DNA from: an uncultured Pelagibacteraceae bacterium
GTDB taxonomy: Bacteria; Pseudomonadota; Alphaproteobacteria; Pelagibacterales; Pelagibacteraceae
Reading direction: 5' to 3'
Length of the DNA stretch: 64,000 nucleotides
Assembly: GCA_902588975.1 (NCBI GenBank)
Contig: CACIRJ010000001.1
Coordinates: 85,594-149,593, forward strand
The position numbers were made by a program, and so were the translations under genes. The notes beneath the pieces are model-generated. The model saw only the letters and a program-made list of their open reading frames with translations. It did not search any database and was not told the DNA's origin. Position 1 is the stretch's first letter. Every line of letters starts with the position of its first letter. Shown here piece after piece: positions 21,656 to 32,218 of this stretch.

Positions 21656-22371
21656 AATCTAGACTAGGTGTTAACGTAGACCATATTGCAACATTAAGAA
21701 ACGCCAGAGGAGAGGGGCATCCTGATCCTATTTCATATGCAAGACAAGTTATGAATTTTGGTGCAAATTCTATTACTATTCATTTAAGAGAAGATCGTAG
21801 ACATATTCGAGATGAAGATGTCGCTATATTTTCAAAAATTAAAAGAGTGCCAATAAATTTAGAAATGGCTGCGAACAAAGAAATGCTTAAAATTGCATTA
21901 AAATATAAACCTAATTTTGTTTGTATAGTTCCTGAAAAAAGAAATGAAATAACCACCGAAGGAGGTTTAAATATCACAAAAAATAAAAAAATAATTAAAA
22001 AAGTAATTAGTAAATTAAATTCAAAAAAAATTAGAACAAGTCTTTTCATCAATCCAAATATTAAAGATGTTTTTGCATCAAAAGAATTAAATGCGAAATG
22101 TGTGGAACTTCATACAGGAAAATTTGCTTTAAAAGTTAAAAATAACAAAAATTATTTAGCCGAGTTCAAAAAAATAAAAAATTGTGCTACGTTAGCAAAA
22201 AAACTAGGAATGGAAGTTCATGCAGGTCATGGCCTAGATTATAAATCAACTAAAATTTTAAGAAAGATTAAATCTATAGAGGAATTTAATATTGGACATT
22301 TTATAATTGGAGAGGCCATCATGTTTGGTATGCAAAAAGTAATCACTAATTTTAGAAAAATATTAAACTAA
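21652..22371 (+). CDS. pdxJ: Pyridoxine 5'-phosphate synthase
   Basis: LGVNVDHIATLRNAR, HLREDRRHI, HAGHGL, NIGH. Confidence 0.96.
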   Translation: MKSRLGVNVDHIATLRNARGEGHPDPISYARQVMNFGANSITIHLREDRRHIRDEDVAIFSKIKRVPINLEMAANKEMLKIALKYKPNFVCIVPEKRNEITTEGGLNITKNKKIIKKVISKLNSKKIRTSLFINPNIKDVFASKELNAKCVELHTGKFALKVKNNKNYLAEFKKIKNCATLAKKLGMEVHAGHGLDYKSTKILRKIKSIEEFNIGHFIIGEAIMFGMQKVITNFRKILN

Positions 22372-22757
22372 TGATAATTGGTAACGGTGTTGATATTATT
22401 GATAATAAAAGAATAGAAAAATCCCTAAAAATTAAAGGTTTTAAAAAAAGACTTTTTACATTAAACGAAATTAAACAATCAAAAAAATACAGAAATAAAA
22501 CAAATTACTTTGCAAAAAGATTTGCTGCTAAAGAAGCTTTTGTTAAATCAATAGGCACAGGCTTTAGACATAATATTAATTTTAATGATATTGAAATATA
22601 CAATAATAAGAAAGGATCACCTAAAATTAAAATTTCACAGAAAATTCAAGATATATTAAAAAAAAAATTTAAATTAAAGAATTACGATATACATCTTTCA
22701 CTTTCAGATGAAAAAAACCACTCAATTGCATTTGTTATTTTGAATAGAAAAAAATGA
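22371..22757 (+). CDS. acpS: Holo-ACP synthase
   Basis: GVDI, AKRFAAKEAF.K, LSLSD. Confidence 0.94.
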   Translation: MIIGNGVDIIDNKRIEKSLKIKGFKKRLFTLNEIKQSKKYRNKTNYFAKRFAAKEAFVKSIGTGFRHNINFNDIEIYNNKKGSPKIKISQKIQDILKKKFKLKNYDIHLSLSDEKNHSIAFVILNRKK

Positions 22758-23482
22758 AAAATTTCATAATTGATAATACTAAAACATTATTTTATGCATT
22801 AATAATTGCAGTATTTATAAGATCAATATTAATCCAGCCATTTTATATACCATCATCATCAATGGAAACTAACTTGCTTGTGGGTGACAGATTATTTGTT
22901 ACAAAATTTTCTTACGGATATAGTAAACATTCATTTCCTTTTAGTCCTCCTATTTTTAAAGGACGTATATTAAATAAAAACCCTAAAAGAGGAGATGTTA
23001 TAGTTTTTAAAACACCTGCTGATAATCGTACAGATTATATTAAAAGATTGATTGGTTTACCAGGTGATACAATACAATTTATTGATGGTGATTTATATAT
23101 AAATTCTAATCAAGTATTAAAAACAATTAAAAGCAAAAATGATAAGTTATATTGTGGATCATCCCAAATTGATGTCAATATATTTGAAGAAAAACTTCCA
23201 AATGGAAAAAGTTATTTAGCTGCATATAGAACCGATATAACTTTTTCTAATTCTGATAAATACATTGTTCCTGAAAATCACTTTTTTTTCTTAGGTGACA
23301 ATAGGGATTGTTCTAAAGACAGCAGATTTCTATCTGAAGTTGGTTATGTTAATCAAAATAATTTAGTTGGAAAAGCACAAATTTTATTTTTTTCATCTAA
23401 TCCAAGGAAAGGAAGTATCTTTAACATTTTCAAATGGAATGAAATAGTTCGATTTGAAAGATTTTTTAATAAAATAATTTAA
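22754..23482 (+). CDS. lepB: Signal peptidase I
   Basis: IPSSSM, DYIKRLIGLPGD, GDNRDCSKDSR. Confidence 0.96.
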   Translation: MKNFIIDNTKTLFYALIIAVFIRSILIQPFYIPSSSMETNLLVGDRLFVTKFSYGYSKHSFPFSPPIFKGRILNKNPKRGDVIVFKTPADNRTDYIKRLIGLPGDTIQFIDGDLYINSNQVLKTIKSKNDKLYCGSSQIDVNIFEEKLPNGKSYLAAYRTDITFSNSDKYIVPENHFFFLGDNRDCSKDSRFLSEVGYVNQNNLVGKAQILFFSSNPRKGSIFNIFKWNEIVRFERFFNKII

Positions 23483-23486
23483 GTAA

Positions 23487-24149
23487 ATGAAGTTAAACAA
23501 ACTACAAAAGAAAATAGGTATTAGCTTTAAAGATGATAAACTATTGATACAAGCCTTAACTCACAAAAGTTTTGATACAAAAAATAATTATGAAAAACTA
23601 GAATTTTTAGGTGATAGAGTTTTAGGGTTTGTTATATCAAAGAAACTTTTAGAGTTATATCCAAATGAAAAAGTAGGTATGATTGACAAAAAACTTGCAA
23701 ATTTAGTTAATAAAAATAAGTGTTTTGAAATTGGTAAAGAATTAGAATTGGATAATTATATTTTAACAGGAAACACAGAAAAGAAAAAAAAAGTCAATAT
23801 TGAAAAAAAAATTATATCTGATTGTTGTGAGTCTTTGATTGGAGCAATTTATATAGATAAAGGTTTTGAGGTTTCGTCAAAATTTATATTAAATTATTGG
23901 AAAAATTATTTAAATTTATCAGATATTACTGTAATCGACTCCAAAACAAGATTACAAGAATATTCATTAAAGAAATTTAAAGCATTGCCAATATATAAAC
24001 TTATATCTAATACAGGACCAAGACATAAACCAAATTTTAAAATTAGTGTAAAAATTAAGGATAGCAAAACAGTTATCGCTGATGGTAGTTCAAAAAAAAA
24101 TGCAGAACAAGCCGCAGCTATGAAACTTCTAGAAACTATTAAAATATAA
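23487..24149 (+). CDS. rnc: Ribonuclease III
   Basis: NYEKLEFLGDRVL, ESLIGAIY, C-terminal dsRBD. Confidence 0.96.
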   Translation: MKLNKLQKKIGISFKDDKLLIQALTHKSFDTKNNYEKLEFLGDRVLGFVISKKLLELYPNEKVGMIDKKLANLVNKNKCFEIGKELELDNYILTGNTEKKKKVNIEKKIISDCCESLIGAIYIDKGFEVSSKFILNYWKNYLNLSDITVIDSKTRLQEYSLKKFKALPIYKLISNTGPRHKPNFKISVKIKDSKTVIADGSSKKNAEQAAAMKLLETIKI

Positions 24150-24829
24150 TGAATTGGCAAGATAAAGGTTACTTACTTTCAAAAAATAAATATAATGAAA
24201 ATTCTGTAATATCTGAATTTTATACTGAAAATCACGGAAAAATTTCAGGAATTATTTTTGGAGCAACTTCAAAAAAAATAAAAAACTACCTATTTGAGGG
24301 TAATAAATTGCATATAAATTATAATTCAAAATCTCAATCAAAAATTGGTTCTTTAAAAGTTGAAATTGATGAATTTAAAACTCCTTACTTTTTAGAAGAT
24401 AAGCAAAAACTCCTTTGTATAATTTATACAATGAATTTGATTAAAATTTTAACAGTAGAGAACGAAAAAAATAGAGAGATTTATTACTTAATTGATAATT
24501 ATTTTGATATATTAAAAGATGAAGAGTGGCTTTCAAAGTTTGTAAATTGGGAGTTAAACTTTTATAAATTAATTGGATATGACATAGACTTTAATGATTA
24601 TGTAGAAAAAGTTTCTGAAGGTAATAAAATTAATTATAAATTAAAAAATTCTGACAAAATCATTCCAAATTTTTTAGTAAATAAAGATGAAGAAGATATA
24701 AGCTTTGAAGATACTTTTGATGCTTTAAAAATTGTAGGAGACTTTTTAGATAAAACAATAGTTAAACCGAATAATCTTAATTTTCCCAAAACAAGATTTA
24801 ATTTTCAAAATTCTTTAAAATTAATCTAG
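24149..24829 (+). CDS. recO: DNA repair protein RecO
   Basis: MNWQDKGYLL..KYNENS..FYTENHGK N-terminus; position after rnc. Confidence 0.85.
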   Translation: MNWQDKGYLLSKNKYNENSVISEFYTENHGKISGIIFGATSKKIKNYLFEGNKLHINYNSKSQSKIGSLKVEIDEFKTPYFLEDKQKLLCIIYTMNLIKILTVENEKNREIYYLIDNYFDILKDEEWLSKFVNWELNFYKLIGYDIDFNDYVEKVSEGNKINYKLKNSDKIIPNFLVNKDEEDISFEDTFDALKIVGDFLDKTIVKPNNLNFPKTRFNFQNSLKLI

Positions 24830-25807
24830 TTTTATTTGATCAGCAAAATAGGTTATAATTGCACTTGCTCCAGCTCTTTTAAAGGAAACTAGACTTTCAT
24901 ATATCGATTTTTTATCTAATATATTCTTTGAAATTGCATTTTGTATGAGACTATATTCTCCTGATACTTGGTATGCAATAACTGGAATTTTAAAATTATT
25001 CTTAACTTCCCTAATTATATCAAGATAAGGCATCCCTGGTTTTACTATAATCATGTCTGCTCCTTCTTTTATATCTAATGCAACTTCTCTTAATGATTCA
25101 TAATTATTTTTAAAATCCATTTGATAAGTTTTTTTGTCTCCTTTTAAGAGACTTCTTGATCCAACAGCATTTCTGAATGGGCCATAAAAACTTGATGCAT
25201 ACTTAACAGCATATGATAAAATTTGAACATCTTTAAGATTATTTTTATCTAAAGCTTTACGAATTTTTATAACTCTACCATCCATCATATCTGATGGTGC
25301 AATCACATCGCAACCCATTTTTGCTTGCAATATTGATTGTTTAATCAAGATTTCTAATGTTTCATCATTTAGAATTTCATTTTTTTTAATTATTCCATCA
25401 TGACCATGTGATGTATATGGATCTAATGCAACATCACACATTATTCCAATTTCGTTCTTATAATTTTTTTTGATGAATTTTATTGCTTGGCAAACTAAAT
25501 TATTTTCATTTAATGCTTCATTTCCATATTCATCTCTTTTTCTTGGACTTGTATAAGGGAATAAAGCTACCATTGGTATTCCCAATTTTAGTGCTTTATC
25601 AACTACACTTTTTAATTTATCAATAGAATACCTAAAAACATTTGGCATTGAATTAATTGGAACTTTTTTTGCTTTTCCTTCAGTAAGAAAGATAGGTAAA
25701 ATGAAATCATTGTAAGATAGATCATTATCTTGAACTAATCTTCTAGACCAACTGAATTTTCTTGATCTTCTCAATCTTAAATTAGGATAGCTACCTGTGA
25801 TAATCAT
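24821..25807 (-). CDS. hemB: Porphobilinogen synthase
   Basis: DVALDPYTSHGHDG, APSDMMDGR, SSFYGPFR, VKPG, AYQVSGEY. Confidence 0.96.
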   Translation of the reverse strand: MIITGSYPNLRLRRSRKFSWSRRLVQDNDLSYNDFILPIFLTEGKAKKVPINSMPNVFRYSIDKLKSVVDKALKLGIPMVALFPYTSPRKRDEYGNEALNENNLVCQAIKFIKKNYKNEIGIMCDVALDPYTSHGHDGIIKKNEILNDETLEILIKQSILQAKMGCDVIAPSDMMDGRVIKIRKALDKNNLKDVQILSYAVKYASSFYGPFRNAVGSRSLLKGDKKTYQMDFKNNYESLREVALDIKEGADMIIVKPGMPYLDIIREVKNNFKIPVIAYQVSGEYSLIQNAISKNILDKKSIYESLVSFKRAGASAIITYFADQIKLD

Positions 25808-25877
25808 TATCAATTAATTTTTTTGATGCGACAATAGTAATATTTAATATAATAGTCTATAAGATAGTAGAGCTCCG

Positions 25878-26468
25878 ATGTCACAATTATTCAATGATTT
25901 TCAAAAACAAGACGTAAAATTTGATATCATAAAATTAAAACAAGCTTGCGATGAAGTATTAAAAATAAAAGGTTTTGATACAAGTCTTGGAATACCTCAC
26001 TTCGCTGGTATACCTTTAAATCAAATTCCAGGTGATCCAGATTCTGTTAAAGGAAATAATGTAAGAGGCATTTATTGGACTAAGCCAGATAGTACAGGTG
26101 TTGAGGTACAGAGGGAAAGTAAAATTGATGAACATAAATATACAGAATTTGTTGACGATTTTAAAAATACTTATTTCAAAGAAGTTTATGATCAATTAAC
26201 AAAAAAGTATAAATTAGGTAGGATGAGACTTCTTCTTAAAGAGCCAAGATCAACATTGAGTTGGCATAGAGATCCTGAGCCAAGGCTTCATATACCTATA
26301 TACACAAATCCTGGAGCAATAATGGTCGTTGATAATGTTGCAAAACATATGCCAGCAGATGGCTCTGTTTGGATTACTAATAATACTAAATATCACAATG
26401 CATTTAATGGGGGTGAAGAAAATAGAGTTCATCTTGTTGCTTGTGTTTTAAATTACAAATTTAATTAA
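25878..26468 (+). CDS. Aspartyl/asparaginyl beta-hydroxylase-like 2OG-Fe(II) dioxygenase
   Basis: WHRD (HxD), RLHIP, YHNAFN distal His, RVHLV. Confidence 0.7.
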   Translation: MSQLFNDFQKQDVKFDIIKLKQACDEVLKIKGFDTSLGIPHFAGIPLNQIPGDPDSVKGNNVRGIYWTKPDSTGVEVQRESKIDEHKYTEFVDDFKNTYFKEVYDQLTKKYKLGRMRLLLKEPRSTLSWHRDPEPRLHIPIYTNPGAIMVVDNVAKHMPADGSVWITNNTKYHNAFNGGEENRVHLVACVLNYKFN

Positions 26469-26469
26469 A

Positions 26470-26895
26470 TTGAAAAAAATTTTTATTGCTTCAGATCATG
26501 GTGGGTTTAATTTAAAAGAGAATATTTTAAAATATTTTAACAAAAATTATCCAATAAAAGATCTGGGACCAAAACAAAATAAGAAGTCCGTTGATTACCC
26601 TGATTTTGCTCATAAACTTTGTAAACAAGTGGCGAAAAATAAGAATCATGTAGGAATACTTGTTTGTGGTTCAGGAGTAGGAATGTCTATTGCTGCAAAT
26701 AAAAATAAGGGAATACGCGCAGCTTTATGCTATTCAGTAAAAAATGCCAAATTATCGCGATTGCATAATGATGCAAATGTTATAACATTAGGAGAAAGGC
26801 TTATTAAAAAAACAGTTGCCTTAAAATGTGTTGAGAGCTTTCTAAAAACTGAGTTTGAAGGCGGTAGACATATAAAAAGAATTAAAAAAATATAG
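26470..26895 (+). CDS. rpiB: Ribose-5-phosphate isomerase B
   Basis: SDHGG, DYPD, CGSGVGMSIAANK, HNDAN, FEGGRH. Confidence 0.95.
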   Translation: MKKIFIASDHGGFNLKENILKYFNKNYPIKDLGPKQNKKSVDYPDFAHKLCKQVAKNKNHVGILVCGSGVGMSIAANKNKGIRAALCYSVKNAKLSRLHNDANVITLGERLIKKTVALKCVESFLKTEFEGGRHIKRIKKI

Positions 26896-26903
26896 GTAAA
26901 TAA

Positions 26904-28214
26904 ATGTCTAGTGAAAAAAAATATTTAAATACTCAATATGAAAACTTTTTTGAAAAAAAATTGTCTGAAGCTGATCCAGAAATATTTGATGCAGTAAATA
27001 AAGAATTAATCAGACAACAAAATCATATCGAATTAATCGCATCAGAAAACATTGTTTCACAAGCTGTTTTAGAGGCACAAGGTTCAGTACTAACAAATAA
27101 GTATGCCGAAGGTTACCCAGGTAAAAGATATTATAACGGTTGTGAACATGTTGATGTTGCTGAGTCACTTGCTAACGATAGATTAAAAAAACTCTTTAAT
27201 TGTAAATTTGCGAATTCACAACCTCATTCTGGCGCGCAAGCTAACGGAGCAGTGTTTTTAGCATTATTAAAACCAGGTGATACTTTTATGGGAATGAGTT
27301 TAAATTCTGGTGGGCATATTACTCATGGTCTTAAAATTGCGATGTCAGGCAAATGGTTTAATGCAATAAGCTATGATGTAGATAAAACCTCTGAATTAAT
27401 CGATTATGATGAAGTTGAAAGATTAGCAATTGAAAATAAACCTAAACTTATAATTGCTGGAGGTAGCGCATATTCTAGGGTTATTGATTTTAAAAGATTT
27501 AGAGAAATTGCTGATAAGGTTGGGGCATTCTTTATGGTAGATATGGCTCACTTTTCAGGTCTTGTTGCTGGTAAAGGTTATCCAAATCCTGTTGATCATG
27601 CTCATGTAGTTACATCTACAACTCATAAAGTTTTTAGAAGTGCCAGAGGTGGAATTATTTTAACAAATCACGAGGATATTTATAAAAAAATTAATACAGC
27701 TGTATTTCCTGGTTATCAGGGTGGCCCTCTTATGCATATAATAGCAGCAAAAGCTGTTGGATTTAAAGAAGCATTAGAACCCTCTTTCAAAGAATATATA
27801 TCTAATGTTTTAGCTAATGCAAAAATTCTGGCAGAAACTTTAAAAACAAATGGATTTAAGATTTATTCTGGAGGAACAGATACTCATTTAATGTTGGTAG
27901 ATTTAAGACCTTTTGGTGTCAAAGGTAATGCTGCAGCTGAAAGTTTATCGCGTGCTAATATAACGTGTAATAAAAATGGAATTCCTTTCGATACAGAAAG
28001 TCCAATGGTAACGTCAGGCATAAGACTAGGTTCACAAGCAGCAACAACTCGAGGTTTTGGTTTAAATGAATTCAAAATTGTTGGTGAACTAATTACTAAA
28101 GTAATTAAAGGTTTGTCATCAAACCCTGAAGATAATACAAAAATAGAAGACGAAGTAAGAAAAGAAGTTGTTGATTTATGTTCAAATTTCCCGATTTATA
28201 AAAATTTGGGATAA
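26904..28214 (+). CDS. glyA: Serine hydroxymethyltransferase
   Basis: [21 protein letters not shown]. Confidence 0.97.
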   Translation: MSSEKKYLNTQYENFFEKKLSEADPEIFDAVNKELIRQQNHIELIASENIVSQAVLEAQGSVLTNKYAEGYPGKRYYNGCEHVDVAESLANDRLKKLFNCKFANSQPHSGAQANGAVFLALLKPGDTFMGMSLNSGGHITHGLKIAMSGKWFNAISYDVDKTSELIDYDEVERLAIENKPKLIIAGGSAYSRVIDFKRFREIADKVGAFFMVDMAHFSGLVAGKGYPNPVDHAHVVTSTTHKVFRSARGGIILTNHEDIYKKINTAVFPGYQGGPLMHIIAAKAVGFKEALEPSFKEYISNVLANAKILAETLKTNGFKIYSGGTDTHLMLVDLRPFGVKGNAAAESLSRANITCNKNGIPFDTESPMVTSGIRLGSQAATTRGFGLNEFKIVGELITKVIKGLSSNPEDNTKIEDEVRKEVVDLCSNFPIYKNLG

Positions 28215-28220
28215 TGAATT

Positions 28221-28679
28221 ATGATTTGTCCTATATGTAAAAAGGGAGAAACTTCAGTTGTAGACTCCAGACCCACCGAAGACGGAACAGCTATTAGAAG
28301 AAGAAGATTGTGTATTTGTGGACAAAGATTTACTACTTTTGAAAGAGTACAATTCAGAGAATTAACTGTAGTAAAAAAAAATGGTAGAAAATCTACTTTT
28401 GATAGAGAAAAATTATCAAAATCAATATATGTAGCACTCAAAAAAAGACCAATAGATACAGAGACAGCAGAAAAATTTATATCTAAAATATCAAGGTCTT
28501 TAGAGGAGCTAGGTCAGAGTGAAATTTCTTCAAACACAATCGGTACAATGGTAATGGAAGGATTAAAAGAATTGGACCCAGTTGCTTATGTAAGATTTGC
28601 ATCAGTATATAGAAATTTTAGAGAAGAAAAAGACTTCGTTCAATTTGTTGATAAAATCGATGTCTTTAAGAAAAGATAA
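28221..28679 (+). CDS. nrdR: Transcriptional repressor NrdR
   Basis: CPIC...VVDSR...IRRRR.C.CG.RFTTFE, ATP cone, [10 protein letters not shown]. Confidence 0.96.
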   Translation: MICPICKKGETSVVDSRPTEDGTAIRRRRLCICGQRFTTFERVQFRELTVVKKNGRKSTFDREKLSKSIYVALKKRPIDTETAEKFISKISRSLEELGQSEISSNTIGTMVMEGLKELDPVAYVRFASVYRNFREEKDFVQFVDKIDVFKKR

Positions 28680-29754
28680 ATCATCAGAAAAAAATAAATC
28701 ATTCATGAGATTGGCACTAGATCTTGCCAATCAAAATAAAGGACTAACAGGACTAAATCCATCGGTTGGATGTGTAGTAACACACAAAGATGAAATCATT
28801 TCTTACGGAAAGACAGATATTAACGGTAGACCTCATGCTGAAGTAGTAGCCCTAAAAAATAATAAAATAAATTTCAAAAATTCAAATATGTATGTAACAT
28901 TAGAACCCTGTATCCATTATGGAAAAACACCCCCTTGTACAAATATTATTATAAAAAAAAAGATTAAATTTGTTAATTATTCGATTGAAGATTTTGATAA
29001 ACGAACAGCAAAAAAAACAAAAAGTGTTTTAAAAAAAAACAATATTTTGGCTAAAATTGGTTTAATTAAAAATGAGGCAAATCATTTTTACAAAGATTAT
29101 AAATTCTCAAAATTTAATGATATTCCATATGTTACTGGAAAATTAGCTGTTTCTAAAAATAATAAAATTTATTTATTTAAAAAAAAAATTACAAATGAAC
29201 ATTCTCATAAAGTATCTCATTTACTAAGATATAGAAATCAGGCAATTTTAACATCTTATAAAACTATTAACTCTGACAATCCTAATTTAAATTGTAGAAT
29301 TCAAGGTTTAGAAAAGTTTTCACCAGTAAAATTTATTATTGATAAAGATTTGAAGACTAAAATAAATTCGAAAGTATTAAAACTTAACTCAAATAAAACT
29401 TATATTTTTCATAATAAAAAAGATAAAAATATTATTAATAAATTTAAAAATAAAAATGCAAATCTTATTTTTATGAAAATAGAAAATAATAGTTTTGATT
29501 TAAATACCATTTTAAAAAAAATATACTCATTAGGTTATGCAAATTTATTAATCGAGTCTGGTTCAAACCTTTTAAAATCTTTTTTAAACAACAATTTAAT
29601 AAATGATTTCTATTTATTCAAAGCTGATAATAAAATTAATTTAAAAAATTCAGTTGCTTTGAATTCTTTTATTGATTTATTGTCTAAAAAATTTAAAAAA
29701 AGATCGCAAATTAACACTTTTTTAGATAAAGAAAAACTTTTTAGGTATCAGTAA
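28660..29754 (+). CDS. ribD: Riboflavin biosynthesis deaminase/reductase
   Basis: NPSVGC, PHAE, TLEPC..GKTPPC; reductase C-terminus; ATG at 28660. Confidence 0.92.
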   Translation: MSLRKDKSSEKNKSFMRLALDLANQNKGLTGLNPSVGCVVTHKDEIISYGKTDINGRPHAEVVALKNNKINFKNSNMYVTLEPCIHYGKTPPCTNIIIKKKIKFVNYSIEDFDKRTAKKTKSVLKKNNILAKIGLIKNEANHFYKDYKFSKFNDIPYVTGKLAVSKNNKIYLFKKKITNEHSHKVSHLLRYRNQAILTSYKTINSDNPNLNCRIQGLEKFSPVKFIIDKDLKTKINSKVLKLNSNKTYIFHNKKDKNIINKFKNKNANLIFMKIENNSFDLNTILKKIYSLGYANLLIESGSNLLKSFLNNNLINDFYLFKADNKINLKNSVALNSFIDLLSKKFKKRSQINTFLDKEKLFRYQ

Positions 29755-30348
29755 ATGTTTAATGGAATAATTTTTAATAAAGGTAAAATTACAAATATTA
29801 CCAAAAGAACTAAAGGCATAAACGTCTTTATCAAGTCAAAATTAAAATTAAGCAATAAGCAATTAGGAATATCTGTTTCCTGTGACGGTGTCTGCTTAAC
29901 ATTAATATCATATAAAAAAGGTATATCTGAATTTTATTTATCAAATGAAACTATTAGAAAATCAAAATTTAAGAAATCTAATGTTGGTGATTATGTTAAT
30001 TTAGAACTACCTTTAAAGTATGGACAAAATATTTCAGGTCATATTTGTCAAGGTCATGTTGATACAGTAAGCAAAGTTACAAATTTAACAAACGTAGATA
30101 AATCTACAATTTACGAATTTAGTATTGATAAAAAATTTTATAAATTTTTAGTTGAGAAAGCATCTATCTTGATAAATGGCGTATCTTTAACCATAGCCAA
30201 AATAAAGAGGAATAAATTTGAAATTTGGGTTATTCCACATACACTAAAACTTACAAATTTAGCAAACATTAAAAAAAATGATTTAGTTAATATTGAAATT
30301 GATATTTTGTCTAAATATGTAAAAAAATTTATTAATGATAAAAAATAA
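29755..30348 (+). CDS. ribE: Riboflavin synthase alpha chain
   Basis: MFNGII, DGVCLT, VNLE, GH..QGHVD, NGVSLT. Confidence 0.94.
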   Translation: MFNGIIFNKGKITNITKRTKGINVFIKSKLKLSNKQLGISVSCDGVCLTLISYKKGISEFYLSNETIRKSKFKKSNVGDYVNLELPLKYGQNISGHICQGHVDTVSKVTNLTNVDKSTIYEFSIDKKFYKFLVEKASILINGVSLTIAKIKRNKFEIWVIPHTLKLTNLANIKKNDLVNIEIDILSKYVKKFINDKK

Positions 30349-31438
30349 ATTTAGCCCAATAGAAAAGATTATTTCTGTCTCAAAAAAAGGAGGAATGTAT
30401 ATTCTTGTTGACGATGAAAATCGAGAAAATGAGGGGGATTTAGTATTTAACGCCAGTGATGTTAATTCTAAAAAAATTAACTTTATGGCGAAAAACGGCA
30501 GAGGTTTAATTTGTCTAACACTAAATAAAAATCAAGCAAACAAACTTGGGCTAACATTTATGGCTCCTGTTAATCAATCAAGAAATCAAACCGCCTTTAC
30601 CATTTCAATAGAAGCCAAGAAGGGTATAACTACTGGTATTTCAGCTAAAGACCGATCACGAACAATAAAAGTTGCTACAAAAAAAAATGTATTAAAAAAT
30701 GAAATAGTTTCTCCTGGTCACGTATTTCCAATTATTTCTCGAGAAGGAGGAGTTCTTGTTAGAGCGGGTCACACTGAAGCTTCTGTCGATATAGCTAGAC
30801 TTGGCAACAAAATTCCAGCTGCTGTAATATGTGAGATTATGAATGAAGATGGTTCAATGGCAAAAGGCGATGACTTATTAAAATTTGCAAGTAAACATAA
30901 ACTTCATATTGCAAAAATTGAAGACTTAATTTCATACAGACTAAGAAAAGAAAATCTTATTAAATTAAAAAAAACATCCACAATTAATTTAAATAATCAA
31001 AAATTCAAAATTTATGTTTTTGAGAATTCAATTGATGGTTCTGAACATTTTGCATTAGTTAAGGGTAAAGTTAATAAAAGTAAATCACCAAGAGTCAGAG
31101 TTATTTCATCTAATGTAGTTCAAAATTATCTAATTAATCAAAAAATTCCTAACTCATTTGAAAAAACTTTAAAATATTTTAAAAAATATAGCAATTGCGT
31201 TATGATTTTTATAAGAGACGCAAATTTAAAATCTGTTACTCAAACACTTAAAGAATTTAAAGATAAAAAGTCTAAAACTAAGGAAAAGGATCAATTAATA
31301 AAAAGTTATGGTATTGGAGCTCAAATAATTAAATCTTTAAAAATAAAGAAAATGATATTAGTTACTAGAACTCTAAAAAAGGTTGTTGGGTTGGATGGTT
31401 ATGGTATCAAGATTATTAAACAAGAAATTATAAAATGA
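30335..31438 (+). CDS. ribB: 3,4-dihydroxy-2-butanone-4-phosphate synthase with degenerate GTP cyclohydrolase II-like C-domain (RibBX type)
   Basis: DDENRENEGD, PGHVFP, RAGHTEA, ICEI; C-domain has YGIGAQI but no Zn-binding cysteine motif. Confidence 0.9.
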   Translation: MIKNKFSPIEKIISVSKKGGMYILVDDENRENEGDLVFNASDVNSKKINFMAKNGRGLICLTLNKNQANKLGLTFMAPVNQSRNQTAFTISIEAKKGITTGISAKDRSRTIKVATKKNVLKNEIVSPGHVFPIISREGGVLVRAGHTEASVDIARLGNKIPAAVICEIMNEDGSMAKGDDLLKFASKHKLHIAKIEDLISYRLRKENLIKLKKTSTINLNNQKFKIYVFENSIDGSEHFALVKGKVNKSKSPRVRVISSNVVQNYLINQKIPNSFEKTLKYFKKYSNCVMIFIRDANLKSVTQTLKEFKDKKSKTKEKDQLIKSYGIGAQIIKSLKIKKMILVTRTLKKVVGLDGYGIKIIKQEIIK

Positions 31439-31821
31439 AAAATAAAGTATTAATTATACAAGCAAACTACTATAAAGATATTTCAATATCTCTTCTTAAA
31501 AGTGCTAAGAATGAACTAAAAAATTTTGCAAAGATTAAAGTAATCTCTGTTCCAGGTGTATTTGAGATACCCGTAGTCATTTCTAAAAATTTAAAAAAAT
31601 ATGACGGTTTTGTAGCACTTGGATGTGTAATTAAAGGTCAAACGCCACATTTTGATTTTATATCTAAATCAACGACTGATGCAATTATGAATATATCTGT
31701 GGAGTCAAAAAAACCTGTTGGTAATGGAATAATTACTTGTTTAAATAAAAATCAAGCTATAGCACGTGGCAAAAAGGGTAGAGAAGCAGCCAATGCAGTA
31801 AAAACAATATTATCTTTATAG
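31435..31821 (+). CDS. ribH: 6,7-dimethyl-8-ribityllumazine synthase
   Basis: VPGVFEIP, LGCVIKGQTPHFD. Confidence 0.94.
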   Translation: MKNKVLIIQANYYKDISISLLKSAKNELKNFAKIKVISVPGVFEIPVVISKNLKKYDGFVALGCVIKGQTPHFDFISKSTTDAIMNISVESKKPVGNGIITCLNKNQAIARGKKGREAANAVKTILSL

Positions 31822-31822
31822 A

Positions 31823-32218
31823 ATGCCACTTCATTTTAGTAAAAAAAATAATCCAAGAGTTATTATAATACAGAAGCTTTACAGCAAGTATTATAACAAT
31901 GAAGTAGAATTAAATTTTCCAAAACATCGTTTCAAAAAATTTATAAAAGATGTAGTCAACGGTACAATTGAAAGAGATGACGTAATTCATGAGGAAATTA
32001 TAAATCATTTAAATGAAGATTTAAAAATATCAAACTTAGATAAAGTTTTTCAAGTAATAATAAAAAGTGCGATTTTTGAATTAATGTATAAACCAAAAAT
32101 ATCCTCAAAGATAATTATTAAAGAATACCTTAATGCTTCTAATTTCTTTATCGATTTATCACAAACAAAATACTTAAATGCTTTGCTTGATAAAATTTCA
32201 AAGAAATTAAGAAACTGA
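31823..32218 (+). CDS. nusB: Transcription antitermination factor NusB
   Basis: Position ribH-nusB-thiL; AIFEL, IIKEY, YLNALLD. Confidence 0.85.
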   Translation: MPLHFSKKNNPRVIIIQKLYSKYYNNEVELNFPKHRFKKFIKDVVNGTIERDDVIHEEIINHLNEDLKISNLDKVFQVIIKSAIFELMYKPKISSKIIIKEYLNASNFFIDLSQTKYLNALLDKISKKLRN

